DNA of 64,000 bases from Burkholderiales bacterium RIFCSPLOWO2_12_FULL_61_40 (lineage in GTDB: Bacteria; Pseudomonadota; Gammaproteobacteria; Burkholderiales; Burkholderiaceae_C): assembly GCA_001770935.1 (NCBI GenBank), contig MESI01000022.1, positions 106-64,105 on the forward strand, read 5' to 3'. Positions 1 through 8,759 of the stretch are shown one piece after another (position 1 is the stretch's first letter; each line of letters starts with the position of its first letter). Position numbers and translations under genes: made by a program. The notes under the pieces are model-generated. The model ran no database searches. It was not told where the DNA came from and saw only the letters and a program-made list of their open reading frames with translations.

Positions 1-118
1 CGGATCGGGGTTGGGGCTCACATTGGCGCAAACCTTTGTGCAGCAACACCACGGCTTGATCGAGGTCGACAGCGTGCCAGGCCGTACGGATTTCAAGATT
101 TTGATTCCGTTACCTTAA
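1..118 (+). CDS. ntrB: C-terminal end of nitrogen-regulation sensor histidine kinase NtrB/GlnL (5' part outside window)
   Basis: Frame 2 reads GSGLGLTLAQTFVQQHHGLIEVDSVPGRTDFKILIPLP-stop, the ATP-lid/C-terminal end of an HATPase_c domain. It lies 79 nt upstream of ntrC, the canonical ntrBC order. Shorter than the ORF-track cutoff. Confidence 0.7.
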   Translation, partial: GSGLGLTLAQTFVQQHHGLIEVDSVPGRTDFKILIPLP

Positions 119-197
119 ACAGTGGGGAACAGCGCTGGCTCGCCTTGTGGAGCGGTGGCCTGTTCCACCAGGGATTTAACGCAGGGATAAACAGAAC

Positions 198-1760
198 ATG
201 AAGCCCATTTGGATCGTAGATGATGACCAGTCCATCCGCTTCGTACTGGAAAAGGCGCTGCTGCGCGAACACCTGCCCACGCGCAGTTTCTCCAATCCGC
301 GCGATGTGCTGTCCGCGCTGAACACGGCGGCCGATGACGAGGGCCCGCAGGTGCTGGTCAGCGACATCCGCATGCCCGGCGGCTCGGGGCTGGAGTTGCT
401 GGAAAAGGTCAAGGCCAAGCACCCGGGCCTGCCGGTCATCATCATGACCGCGTTCTCGGACCTGGACAGTGCGGTCAGCGCCTTCCAGGGCGGCGCCTTC
501 GAGTACTTGCCCAAACCTTTTGATCTGCCCAAGGCGGTGGAGCTGATCCGCCGCGCGGTGGAAGAAAGCCAACGCGAAGAGGTAAATGAAGAGCGCATGG
601 CCGAGGCCCCCGAAATGCTGGGCCAGGCCCCCGCTATGCAGGATGTGTTTCGTGCCATTGGGCGTTTGAGCCAGAGCAATGTGACGGTGATGATCACCGG
701 TGAATCCGGCTCCGGCAAAGAGCTGGTGGCCCGCGCCTTGCACAAGCATTCACAACGCGCCAATGGCCCGTTCGTGGCCATCAACACGGCGGCCATCCCC
801 AAGGACCTGCTGGAATCCGAGCTGTTTGGCCATGAGCGCGGCGCTTTCACCGGCGCGCAGACCATGCGCCGGGGACGTTTTGAGCAGGCTGACGGGGGCA
901 CGCTGTTTCTGGACGAAATCGGCGACATGCCGTTTGAGTTGCAAACCCGCTTGCTGCGCGTCCTGAGCGATGGCAATTTCTACCGCGTGGGCGGCCACAG
1001 CGCCGTCAAAACCAATGTGCGGGTGATTGCCGCCACCCACCAGAACCTGGAGCAGCGGGTCAAGGACGGGGCGTTTCGTGAAGACCTGTTCCACCGCTTG
1101 AACGTGATCCGGCTGCGTTTGCCCGCCTTGCGCGAACGCAAGGAAGACGTGGCCATGCTGACCCGGCATTTTCTGCAGCAAAGCGCCCAACAACTCGGCG
1201 TGGAGCCCAAGCGCATCTCGGATGCGGCGCTGGGCTGGCTGGAAGGCTTTGCCTTCCCTGGCAATGTGCGCCAGTTGGAAAATATCTGCCACTGGCTCAC
1301 GGTGATGGCGCCAGCGCAGGTGATCGAACCCAAGGATTTACCGCCCGAAGTAGAGGTTTCCCGCACCAGCCCCCCTGTTGGGCCCCTGGCCGGTGCGCTT
1401 CACAGCCCTGTTGTGCTGGCGGGAGCAGACGAGGGACACAGCCCTGACGATGCCGGTGGGGTGTCCGGCCTGGTGGGTGAGATGGCCGACGCCGCTCCTG
1501 TGGTGTTCGGGCTGCCCAGCCCTGCGCCAGGGGGAAATGCGCCTTTGCAGGAATGGGAAATCGAGTTGGAACACGAAGCGGTGGCGCTGCTGGAATCGGG
1601 GCGCACCGATGTGTGGGACAGCCTGACCCGGCGTTTCGAGTCGCGCCTGATTTTGGCGGCGCTGGCCGCCACCCGGGGCCGCCGCATCGAAGCGGCGCAA
1701 AAACTGGGCATTGGGCGCAACACCATCACGCGCAAGATCCAGGAGCTGGGTTTGGAGTAA
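198..1760 (+). CDS. ntrC: Sigma-54-dependent nitrogen regulation response regulator NtrC
   Basis: 520 aa. N-terminal receiver domain (IWIVDDD...DIRMPG), AAA+ sigma-54 activator core (GESGSGKE, GAFTGA, RVIAAT), C-terminal Fis-type HTH (AAQKLGIGRNTITRKIQELG). Confidence 0.92.
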   Translation: MKPIWIVDDDQSIRFVLEKALLREHLPTRSFSNPRDVLSALNTAADDEGPQVLVSDIRMPGGSGLELLEKVKAKHPGLPVIIMTAFSDLDSAVSAFQGGAFEYLPKPFDLPKAVELIRRAVEESQREEVNEERMAEAPEMLGQAPAMQDVFRAIGRLSQSNVTVMITGESGSGKELVARALHKHSQRANGPFVAINTAAIPKDLLESELFGHERGAFTGAQTMRRGRFEQADGGTLFLDEIGDMPFELQTRLLRVLSDGNFYRVGGHSAVKTNVRVIAATHQNLEQRVKDGAFREDLFHRLNVIRLRLPALRERKEDVAMLTRHFLQQSAQQLGVEPKRISDAALGWLEGFAFPGNVRQLENICHWLTVMAPAQVIEPKDLPPEVEVSRTSPPVGPLAGALHSPVVLAGADEGHSPDDAGGVSGLVGEMADAAPVVFGLPSPAPGGNAPLQEWEIELEHEAVALLESGRTDVWDSLTRRFESRLILAALAATRGRRIEAAQKLGIGRNTITRKIQELGLE

Positions 1761-1806
1761 AAAAGGCCTCCAGCCCCCGTGGAATATGCGTAGGCAGCTC
1801 CTGAAA

Positions 1807-2574
1807 CTATAGCGAAAGCTCAATGACCACCGGGGCGTGGTCGCTGGGGCGTTCGTTGCTGCGCGGGCGCTTGTCGATGACGCAGGAGCGCACCAGGGGC
1901 TGCAGCGCCTTGCTGACCAGGATGTGGTCGATGCGCAGGCCCCGGTTGCGCCGGAACGCAAAATTCCGGTAGTCCCACCACGAGTAGCTCTTGGGCGGCT
2001 GGGGAAACAGCCGGAAACTGTCCACCAGCCCCAGCGCAATCAGGGCGCGCAGGTGGTAGCGCTCTTCTTCGGTGCAGTGGATGGTGTCGCGCAGGCCCTC
2101 GGGGTCCCACACATCCAGATCGTCAAAGGTGATGTTGTAGTCGCCCATGAGCACCAGTTTGGGGTGTGCCACCAGTTCTTGTTTGACCCAGTCGCGCAGG
2201 CCCTTGAGCCATTCCATTTTGTATTCGAACTTGTCGGAGCCCGGCTCCTGGCCGTTGGGAAAGTAGGCGCCAATCACCCGGATGTCGCCTACCGTGGCGC
2301 TGATCACCCGCGCCATCTCGTCGTCAAAGCCGGGGATGTTTTTCACCACCCGCTCTACCGGCGTGCGGGTCAGCAGGGCCACGCCGTTGTAGGTCTTCTG
2401 GCCGAAGCACTGGCACTGGTAACCTGCGGCCGCCAGTACCTCCAGAGGAAACTTGTCGTCCGTCAGTTTGAGCTCTTGCAGCGCCAGCACGTCGACAGGA
2501 TTGGCTTGCAGCCAGTCCAGCACCTGCGGCAGGCGGACGGTGAGGGAGTTGATGTTCCAGGTGGCCAGTTTCAT
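1807..2574 (-). CDS. xthA: Exodeoxyribonuclease III
   Basis: 255 aa. MKLATWNINSL start, MGDYNI, and C-terminal SDHAPV motif typical of the EEP-family exonuclease III. Confidence 0.9.
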   Translation of the reverse strand: MKLATWNINSLTVRLPQVLDWLQANPVDVLALQELKLTDDKFPLEVLAAAGYQCQCFGQKTYNGVALLTRTPVERVVKNIPGFDDEMARVISATVGDIRVIGAYFPNGQEPGSDKFEYKMEWLKGLRDWVKQELVAHPKLVLMGDYNITFDDLDVWDPEGLRDTIHCTEEERYHLRALIALGLVDSFRLFPQPPKSYSWWDYRNFAFRRNRGLRIDHILVSKALQPLVRSCVIDKRPRSNERPSDHAPVVIELSL

Positions 2575-2661
2575 ATTTTCTCTATCTCATTGATTCAACA
2601 GGATTTTGTTCTTTGATTTGCTTGTATGGCTGCACTGCAAGGTTACGTTCGGTGAGCGCGC

Positions 2662-3441
2662 TCATTCAGTTCCCCCGTCGCCAAGGCCGTAGGCCTGTGC
2701 CACTCGGCCAAGCAGGTCCGCCAGGGTTGCGCGTCCGAGACCCAAGGTTTTGGGGTCGAGTGAGGTATCGGCTGCAGCCGCATCCAGAAACCTTCGCATG
2801 TCACCCGCAATTTTTGCATCCAACGCGATACGTGTCGCTGGGGCGAGCAACAGGGAAAGGCGCAGGACATCATTGGCATGTTTGCGGATGTTCTTGGCAT
2901 CCACCTGCTCTCCATGGGCCAATCGCGCGCTCAGGTCCAGCCAGGCGACCGCTTTCAGTGGGATGAGGCGGTCTTCGCCCACCCAGGGCAGACCATTGAC
3001 CGCGCGTCGCCCGGCCATGATGAAGGCGTAGTAGGTGTCGTCAAGCAGGATGGCTGAGAGGCTGGAGACGGCCTCATCGAAAGGGATGGGTGTGAGCCTT
3101 GCGCCCGTGATGGGCCGTAGCGTATCGGGTGCTCGGGAAAATAGTTCGACCATGGCCGGAAAACGGCTATCGGTCGGCTTCTGAAAGCGGTAGAAGCTTG
3201 GCTTTCCGGCGTCACTGGCCTGTCGGATCTCATAGCCGCCCGCTTCGATGAATTTCCAAAAGGTCTCACCGAATGCAGGCCTCAGCGCCTCCACATGCAA
3301 CACGATATCCAAATCCTTGGTGGCACGGAACTCCAATCCGGCCTCTTCCATCGCCAGGCTGGCGGCCGTGCCGCCGATCAGGATGTACTGGTCAGGGTAG
3401 TCTGCGAACCAAGCCCTGAAAACATCGAGTCCTTTCACCAT
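2662..3441 (-). CDS. Nucleotidyltransferase, AbiEii/DUF1814-like putative toxin
   Basis: 259 aa. Pol-beta-type NTase signature IGGTAASLAMEEAGLEFRATKDLDIVL near the N-terminus. Overlaps the upstream wHTH gene by 7 nt. Confidence 0.6.
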   Translation of the reverse strand: MVKGLDVFRAWFADYPDQYILIGGTAASLAMEEAGLEFRATKDLDIVLHVEALRPAFGETFWKFIEAGGYEIRQASDAGKPSFYRFQKPTDSRFPAMVELFSRAPDTLRPITGARLTPIPFDEAVSSLSAILLDDTYYAFIMAGRRAVNGLPWVGEDRLIPLKAVAWLDLSARLAHGEQVDAKNIRKHANDVLRLSLLLAPATRIALDAKIAGDMRRFLDAAAADTSLDPKTLGLGRATLADLLGRVAQAYGLGDGGTE

Positions 3442-4424
3442 GGCAACTGTTCTTTCAACACATCCAGCGCGCTCTGGACGCGTTCATCGGGGTCGTCCCG
3501 CAAGCTTAAACTGAGCGAAAGTGGGTCTACCGTGCCACTGTCTGGCTGCAGTGCTGGGCTGTAGCTCCACAGCTGCCATGCATACGCGCCGGGCATGGCT
3601 TCGGGCAGTTCATCGACGTTTGACTTCAGCGCCTGCCACGCGGCGCGGCTCACCGCATGGACGGGTAGTCGGGGTTCTGCAAGCATGGAGTGGTGTGCGA
3701 GTGCGCTCAGGCCGGCCAGCCGTATGGATCGATCAGCCGGTATCGGAGTGGAGGTCCAGACGGTTCGCTGTACCGGACTGCGCAGCAGCGGCGTGGCCCG
3801 TTCCCAGGTTTCCTGTGGCGAAAATGCCATGGTGAGGTACTGGGACCGGCCCGCCTTGTGAACACTCGCGAGCCCAGCGGCCGACAGCTCGCGCACGGCG
3901 CGCGAGAGCGTCATCGGCGTGTAGCCCAGCGTGGCTGCCACTTCTGCAGGGTGCCATTCGGGCTCCCAGTGCGGACGCAGCAAGGCGGTGATCAGCATCG
4001 CCTGCGCCGAGGGGCTCAATAGTGACTCTGCTGAAGTGGGGCGTTGGCGAAAGTATTCCCGCAGATCCAGCCCCAAATCTGGGAGGTAGAGCTGATTGCC
4101 CGGCACAATGAAGGGCACTTTCTGCTCTATCAGGCGTTTGCGCTCGTAAGAGGCGAGCGCCTTTGTTACGTAAACGGTCGGTTGCTTTGCCACGGACCGC
4201 ACCTTGTCCAATTTCGCCCGGATGTCGCCAAGGGACGCCTTTTCAGGGTTCCGGTCCAGCGCCAGCAGAACCGTGTGTCCGAGGATATCTAGTGCTTGGA
4301 AATCGAAGGCATCCCGCAGAAAGTAGGGCAGACCGTCCTGGTTTGCCCATGCCTGGGATCCCGACTTGGGCAGGCCGAGTGTTTCATACAGGTAGTGCTG
4401 GACATCGGCGGCAAGAGGGGGCAT
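3435..4424 (-). CDS. Winged-HTH protein, putative AbiEi-like antitoxin/regulator with atypical architecture
   Basis: 329 aa. MarR-like HTH in the middle of the protein (AEVAATLGYTPMTLSRAVRELSAAGLASV). First gene of a 2-gene operon with the NTase. The N-terminal ~130 aa domain is not recognised. Confidence 0.5.
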   Translation of the reverse strand: MPPLAADVQHYLYETLGLPKSGSQAWANQDGLPYFLRDAFDFQALDILGHTVLLALDRNPEKASLGDIRAKLDKVRSVAKQPTVYVTKALASYERKRLIEQKVPFIVPGNQLYLPDLGLDLREYFRQRPTSAESLLSPSAQAMLITALLRPHWEPEWHPAEVAATLGYTPMTLSRAVRELSAAGLASVHKAGRSQYLTMAFSPQETWERATPLLRSPVQRTVWTSTPIPADRSIRLAGLSALAHHSMLAEPRLPVHAVSRAAWQALKSNVDELPEAMPGAYAWQLWSYSPALQPDSGTVDPLSLSLSLRDDPDERVQSALDVLKEQLPW

Positions 4425-4449
4425 CGCAGTTGAAATTAATAACTTAATA

Positions 4450-4484
4450 TTTGCACAATAACATCGTTATTGTTACCGTGCAAA
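4450..4484. promoter_or_regulatory. Nested palindrome overlapping a candidate sigma-70 promoter of the AbiE-like operon
   Basis: TTTGCAC-AATAAC-atc-GTTATT-gttacc-GTGCAAA in an AT-rich spacer. On the minus strand TTGCAC (4483-4478), a 17-nt spacer and TATTGT (4460-4455) fit -35/-10 about 30 nt upstream of the ATG at 4424. Confidence 0.45.
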
Positions 4485-4569
4485 TTTTTGGTTAATTTTA
4501 AAAATCACTATGGGTAGATCCTGCGAGCTGAAAACAGCGTTTGGCGTGTGGTTGCTGCGCAGGCAGCTA

Positions 4570-4995
4570 TTAAATATGTAGCACCGCCAGTGCGCCCACA
4601 ACCGAGCCGACGCCGCCAGCACCAAACATGGCGTACTCCAGCCACTTCTTCTTGGTCAGCAAGGCGATGGCGGCCAGGGCGATGCTGACTTGCAGCACGG
4701 TGGTGGACTGCGCCCAGCGGTGGTGCAAGTGCATTTGTTCGTCGCTCTGGTGGTCCCATTCGGTCGCCTCGGCTTCCAGTTTGTCTGCCACCCGCTTGAT
4801 CTCGCCTTTTTCCTTCTCGTAGCGCTCTACCTTGGCCTGGTACTTGGTTTTATCCTCTTCACGCGGGGCCAGGTCGCGCGCCAGTTCGGCCAGGGATTGC
4901 TTGGTGCTTTTGGCCTGGGTGGCGCCGCCCATGTAGCCAAAAATCGCGCCAATCGTGGCAATGATGGCGGTGAACATGGCGATCTGGTTGATCAT
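4570..4995 (-). CDS. DUF4337-like membrane protein
   Basis: Coiled-coil plus C-terminal TM segment (QVSIALAAIALLTKKKW...[17 protein letters not shown]). ATG at 4995 (MINQIAMF...). A His/Gly-rich extension (LEHAQQGGHGGHGEGGG) from CTG 5046 is possible. The ORF-track start at 5205 overlaps folA and is rejected. Confidence 0.55.
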   Translation of the reverse strand: MINQIAMFTAIIATIGAIFGYMGGATQAKSTKQSLAELARDLAPREEDKTKYQAKVERYEKEKGEIKRVADKLEAEATEWDHQSDEQMHLHHRWAQSTTVLQVSIALAAIALLTKKKWLEYAMFGAGGVGSVVGALAVLHI

Positions 4996-5077
4996 GCCGC
5001 CGCCTTCACCATGGCCGCCGTGCCCGCCCTGTTGGGCGTGTTCCAGCGGACATATTGCAAACTCTTTCAAGTGCTTA

Positions 5078-5590
5078 TCAAGGGGACCCAGTGTGGTGGG
5101 TCCATGTGACAAAACAGTAGCGCAGGCCATTGGCGGCGACGTGGGCCTCCCGTGCCGTTTCCTGCCAGTCCGGCCCGAAGATGGGGGCAAAGGCATTCCC
5201 TTCAATCACGGTGTCAATCTCCGTCACCACGGCGGTGCGGGCCAGGGGCAGGGCCTGTGCGTAGATCTGGGCGCCGCCTATCACCCAGGCGTCGGGCTGG
5301 CCGGTGCACTGGTGCAGGGCTTCCTCCACCGATCCGGCGCGCACAGCGCCTTCGGCCTGCCAATCGGTCTGGCGGGTAATCACCACATTGGTGCGCCCAG
5401 GCAGCGGGCGGAATTTGGGTGGCAGCGAATCCCAGGTCTTGCGCCCCATGATGACCGGGCAGCCCAGCGTGGTGCGTTTGAAATGCGCCAGGTCTTCAGG
5501 CAGGTGCCAGGGCAGGGTGCCGTCGCGCCCAATAACGCCGTTGGCGGCGCGGGCAAATATCAGGTGCAGTCGTGGGGTGGTGTTTGGCAT
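5078..5590 (-). CDS. folA: Dihydrofolate reductase
   Basis: From the internal Met (MPNTTPRLHLIFARAANGVIGRDGTLPWHLPEDLAHFKRTTLGCPVIMGRKTWDSLP), the classic DHFR N-terminus. 170 aa. Confidence 0.9.
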   Translation of the reverse strand: MPNTTPRLHLIFARAANGVIGRDGTLPWHLPEDLAHFKRTTLGCPVIMGRKTWDSLPPKFRPLPGRTNVVITRQTDWQAEGAVRAGSVEEALHQCTGQPDAWVIGGAQIYAQALPLARTAVVTEIDTVIEGNAFAPIFGPDWQETAREAHVAANGLRYCFVTWTHHTGSP

Positions 5591-5594
5591 GGGT

Positions 5595-6485
5595 TCAGGA
5601 GGATGCGGTGGGTTTGCGGGTGGGCCACAGCACGCTGGCAATGGCCAGCATGACAAACACCATGGCCAGCCAGTCTTGCCAGTGCGGTGATTCGCCCAGG
5701 ATGAAGGTCGCGCTCAGGGTGCCCACCAGCGGAATAGCCATGATGCTCATGGCACTGGTGGCGGGGGGCAGGTTGCGGGCCATGCCAAACCAGATGATTT
5801 GTGCCACGCCGTAGTTGACCAGCACACCATAGGCCAGGCTGATCCACAAGGTCGTTGAAAAGGTGGCTGGGTCGGGAGTCGGCTCCAGCGTCAGCGCCAG
5901 GGCCCACAGCACGCCACTGCCCAAAAGCAGCATCCAGACCGTGACCACCACGGGTGAGAGCGTGAGGTGGGCGCGGCGAAACAGCACCGTGCCCAGCGCC
6001 CAGCACAGGGCGGCACTCAACATCCAGGCCACGCCCGTGGGGCGCCCGCTCAGGCGCTGCAGCTCGTGCCACAGCAGCAGGCCGATGGCTGTGCCCGCGC
6101 ACAGCACGGCCAGGCGCACGCGCGGCGTAATGCGTTCGCCAAAAAACACGGCCCCGATCAGCACCGTAAAGATGGGCATGGTGAAGCCCAAAATGGCCGC
6201 ACGGCCTGACGCAAGTTCCTGCACACCAAAAATGGAGAGCGTGTGCCAGCCCAGCACATTGGGCAGGCCCAGGCTGGCAATGGCCGCCCACTCGCGTCCG
6301 CTGGGGCGCATGCGCTCGCCGCGCAGGGTGACAAAGGCAAACAGCCAGGCGGCACCCAGTGACATGGTGCTGGCGCGAAAGTACAGCGGCGTCATGCCCT
6401 GCAGTGAGAGTTTCATCATGGGCCAGTTCACGCCCCACATGAGCGTCAGGGCTGCTAAGGCCCAGGCTTGGCGGCGGGAGATCAA
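5595..6485 (-). CDS. EamA/DMT-family transporter
   Basis: About 10 hydrophobic helices and a duplicated EamA pattern. Start is probably TTG 6485, overlapping the thyA TGA (gTTTGAtc). The ATG at 6518 would overlap thyA by 37 nt. Confidence 0.75.
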   Translation of the reverse strand: MISRRQAWALAALTLMWGVNWPMMKLSLQGMTPLYFRASTMSLGAAWLFAFVTLRGERMRPSGREWAAIASLGLPNVLGWHTLSIFGVQELASGRAAILGFTMPIFTVLIGAVFFGERITPRVRLAVLCAGTAIGLLLWHELQRLSGRPTGVAWMLSAALCWALGTVLFRRAHLTLSPVVVTVWMLLLGSGVLWALALTLEPTPDPATFSTTLWISLAYGVLVNYGVAQIIWFGMARNLPPATSAMSIMAIPLVGTLSATFILGESPHWQDWLAMVFVMLAIASVLWPTRKPTASS

Positions 6486-7327
6486 ACCGCCACCGGCGCC
6501 TTGATGGCGGGGTGGCACTCGTAGCCCTGCACCTCAAAGTCTTCAAACTGGTAGTCAAAGATGCTGTCCGGGCGGCGCTTGATGTGCAGTGTGGGGTAGG
6601 CAAACGGTGCGCGGCTGAGTTGCAAGTCCACCTGCTCGCGGTGGTTGCTGTAGAGGTGGCAGTCGCCGCCGGTCCAGATGAAGTCGCCCACGTCCAGGTC
6701 GCACTGCTGCGCCACCATGTGGGTGAGCAGGGCGTAGCTGGCAATGTTGAAGGGCACGCCCAAAAAGATGTCGGCGCTGCGCTGGTAGAGCTGGCAGGAG
6801 AGGCGGCCCTTGCCGCCCGCCTCGGTGGCTGGCGCCACATAGAACTGGAAGAAGGCATGGCAGGGCATCAGCGCCATCTTGTCCAGGTCGGCCACGTTCC
6901 AGGCGCTGACGATGATGCGGCGCGAATCAGGATTGGTCTTCAGGGTCTGGATGACCTGGGCGATCTGGTCGATATGGCCGCCATCCGGCGTGGGCCAACT
7001 GCGCCACTGCACGCCATAGACCGGGCCCAGGTCGCCGTCCGCACGGGCCCATTCGTCCCAAATGCTGACGCCACGTTCCTTGAGCCAGTGGTTGTTGGAA
7101 GAGCCGGTCAGGAACCACAGCAGCTCCTGGATGATGGAGCGCAGGTGGACTTTTTTGGTGGTGACCAGCGGAAAACCTTCGTTCAGGTCAAAACGCATCT
7201 GGTGGCCAAACACGCTGGTGGTGCCGGTGCCGGTGCGGTCCATCTTGGACACGCCCGTGGTGTGCACATGGCGCATGAAGTCTTCGTACTGGCTGCGCAC
7301 AGGGTGGGGGGGCGTGGAGAGGGTCAT
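6482..7327 (-). CDS. thyA: Thymidylate synthase
   Basis: 281 aa. [56 protein letters not shown] motifs. Confidence 0.95.
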   Translation of the reverse strand: MTLSTPPHPVRSQYEDFMRHVHTTGVSKMDRTGTGTTSVFGHQMRFDLNEGFPLVTTKKVHLRSIIQELLWFLTGSSNNHWLKERGVSIWDEWARADGDLGPVYGVQWRSWPTPDGGHIDQIAQVIQTLKTNPDSRRIIVSAWNVADLDKMALMPCHAFFQFYVAPATEAGGKGRLSCQLYQRSADIFLGVPFNIASYALLTHMVAQQCDLDVGDFIWTGGDCHLYSNHREQVDLQLSRAPFAYPTLHIKRRPDSIFDYQFEDFEVQGYECHPAIKAPVAV

Positions 7328-7405
7328 GGGATGGGCGGTGCTGCGGGTGAGCCGTGAATTCTAGTGGGGAAGGTCGGCCTCTGCCCAATCCAGGTTTTGC
7401 GCGCC

Positions 7406-7959
7406 TTATGCCGAGGTGGCCAAACTCTGCAGGGCCTGCCTGGTGAGTTCATCGGCCGGGAAAAAGGTTTCCAGGGCCAGCTCCTGCAGCGTCACATCCA
7501 CCGGCGTGCCAAAAATGGTGATGGTGCTGATGAAGCTGAGCACACCACCGGGGGTTCTGAGTTGGAACGGCATGGCGATACCGAGGTGTTCGCCCTCTAG
7601 CTGCAGGTCGGCGCCCTCGGGGACGGGATAGGCCCGCAACTCCTCCAGCAAAGCCACCAAGGCCGGGTCGGCGCCGGGTCGTCCAGGGCGCGTTCGCGGT
7701 ACATGGGCGCGTAGCCAGCGGCCACCAGCAGGGCGTTGCGTTCGTGCAGCGGGATGCACAGGCGCTCGGACAGGCGCAGCACCATCTCGCGGCTGGGCAC
7801 CGAGCGCCCGGTTTCCACAAAACTCAGGTGGCGTGTCGAGATCTCGGCGCCCATCGCCAGGTCCAACTGGCTCAGGCGCCGGTGTTGCCGCCAATGCCGC
7901 CGGTGGTCGCCGAAAGCTTGGGGGGGCGGCGTGGCCCTGGGGGTTTTTGTGCTGGGCAT
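7406..7959 (-). pseudogene. Frameshifted (and probably internally shortened) XRE-HTH/MmyB-like transcriptional regulator
   Basis: The HTH part is in one frame (RHWRQHRRLSQLDLAMGAEISTRHLSFVETGRSVPSREMVLRLSERLCIPLHERNALLVAAGYAPMYRERALDDPA). The C-terminal part (DPALVALLEELRAYP...LSFISTITIFGTPVDVTLQELALETFFPAD) is in another. The switch occurs at an 11-nt tandem repeat at 7662-7683. Confidence 0.5.
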
Positions 7960-8185
7960 TGCCTGGATCGCCACCCGCAAGGCGATTCCCGCTGGCGCGG
8001 TCTGGCTGCTGATCGCCGCCAACACGCTGTGGGTGCTGGGCTGCTTGGGCCTGCTGGCCAGTAGCCTGGTGGCGCCCACTGTGTTCGGCGTGTCGTTCCT
8101 GATCACGCAGGCTGTCACGGTCGGTGTGCTGGCCGAGCTGGAGTGGATCGGTGTGCGCAAGCTCCAGCCCGCGCCTGCGTGGTAA
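7894..8185 (+). pseudogene. Small 3-TM membrane protein remnant, frameshifted at a G7 tract
   Basis: The frame of ORF 7736..8185 encodes three hydrophobic helices but has no usable start. ATG 7894 (MPPVVAESLGG) is in another frame and joins it if the G7 run 7920-7926 loses one G. It overlaps the 5' end of the divergent regulator. Confidence 0.3.
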
Positions 8186-8301
8186 GCCACATGCGGCGCT
8201 GTGGCGCTTGCAAACCGGGGAGCGGGTGTATTGAGTACATTTGACGGATACATCAACCGTCCCGGTATCGGGCATTACCTGCGGCAGCGCCGCCTATCCA
8301 T

Positions 8302-8742
8302 ATGAGCCACAGTGGAAAACGTGTCTGGACTCTCGATCCCCACTCGGGAGGCGTCAAAATACCCGAGCGAACCAAGCAAGAGGTGCAGACGCGCTTGCAG
8401 GCTTGTTTTGCAGCACTTGGCCACGGCAAGGCCTACCGGCTGGAGCTGCGGTTTCGCGGCGCCTTGTGTTATATCGATGCGTACCAAGACCCCGATCCCG
8501 GTCCTTCTCCTGGTTTGGTGGCGTACTGGGAGTCCCAAGGTTGGGATGTGAGTGAGGGGAAGGCCGCATACCGGCAAGAACCTACCCACCTGGGCCGCCT
8601 GCGCCACTTCGCCCCGGACCGTTGGAGCTACGCTTTTTACACCTATAGCAACGAACGATATGAGCCCACCACGCTGGGCGACGATTGGTTTGGAACGCCT
8701 GAACAGGCCTTGGAGATAGGTTGCGTTTATCTGAAAAACTGA
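8302..8742 (+). CDS. Hypothetical protein (possibly DUF3024-like)
   Basis: 146-aa ORF with ATG start. The pattern ...LELRFRGALCYIDAY...THLGRLRHFAPDRWSYAFYTYSNERYEP resembles DUF3024 from memory only. Confidence 0.4.
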   Translation: MSHSGKRVWTLDPHSGGVKIPERTKQEVQTRLQACFAALGHGKAYRLELRFRGALCYIDAYQDPDPGPSPGLVAYWESQGWDVSEGKAAYRQEPTHLGRLRHFAPDRWSYAFYTYSNERYEPTTLGDDWFGTPEQALEIGCVYLKN

Positions 8743-8759
8743 GGGCCGCACAAGGAGCG

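Noticed and set aside
7920-7926. G7 homopolymer as a phase-variation switch.
   Set aside because: Seven G's is short for efficient slippage, and the overlapping regulator is already broken by a second lesion. Gene decay or a sequencing error is more parsimonious.
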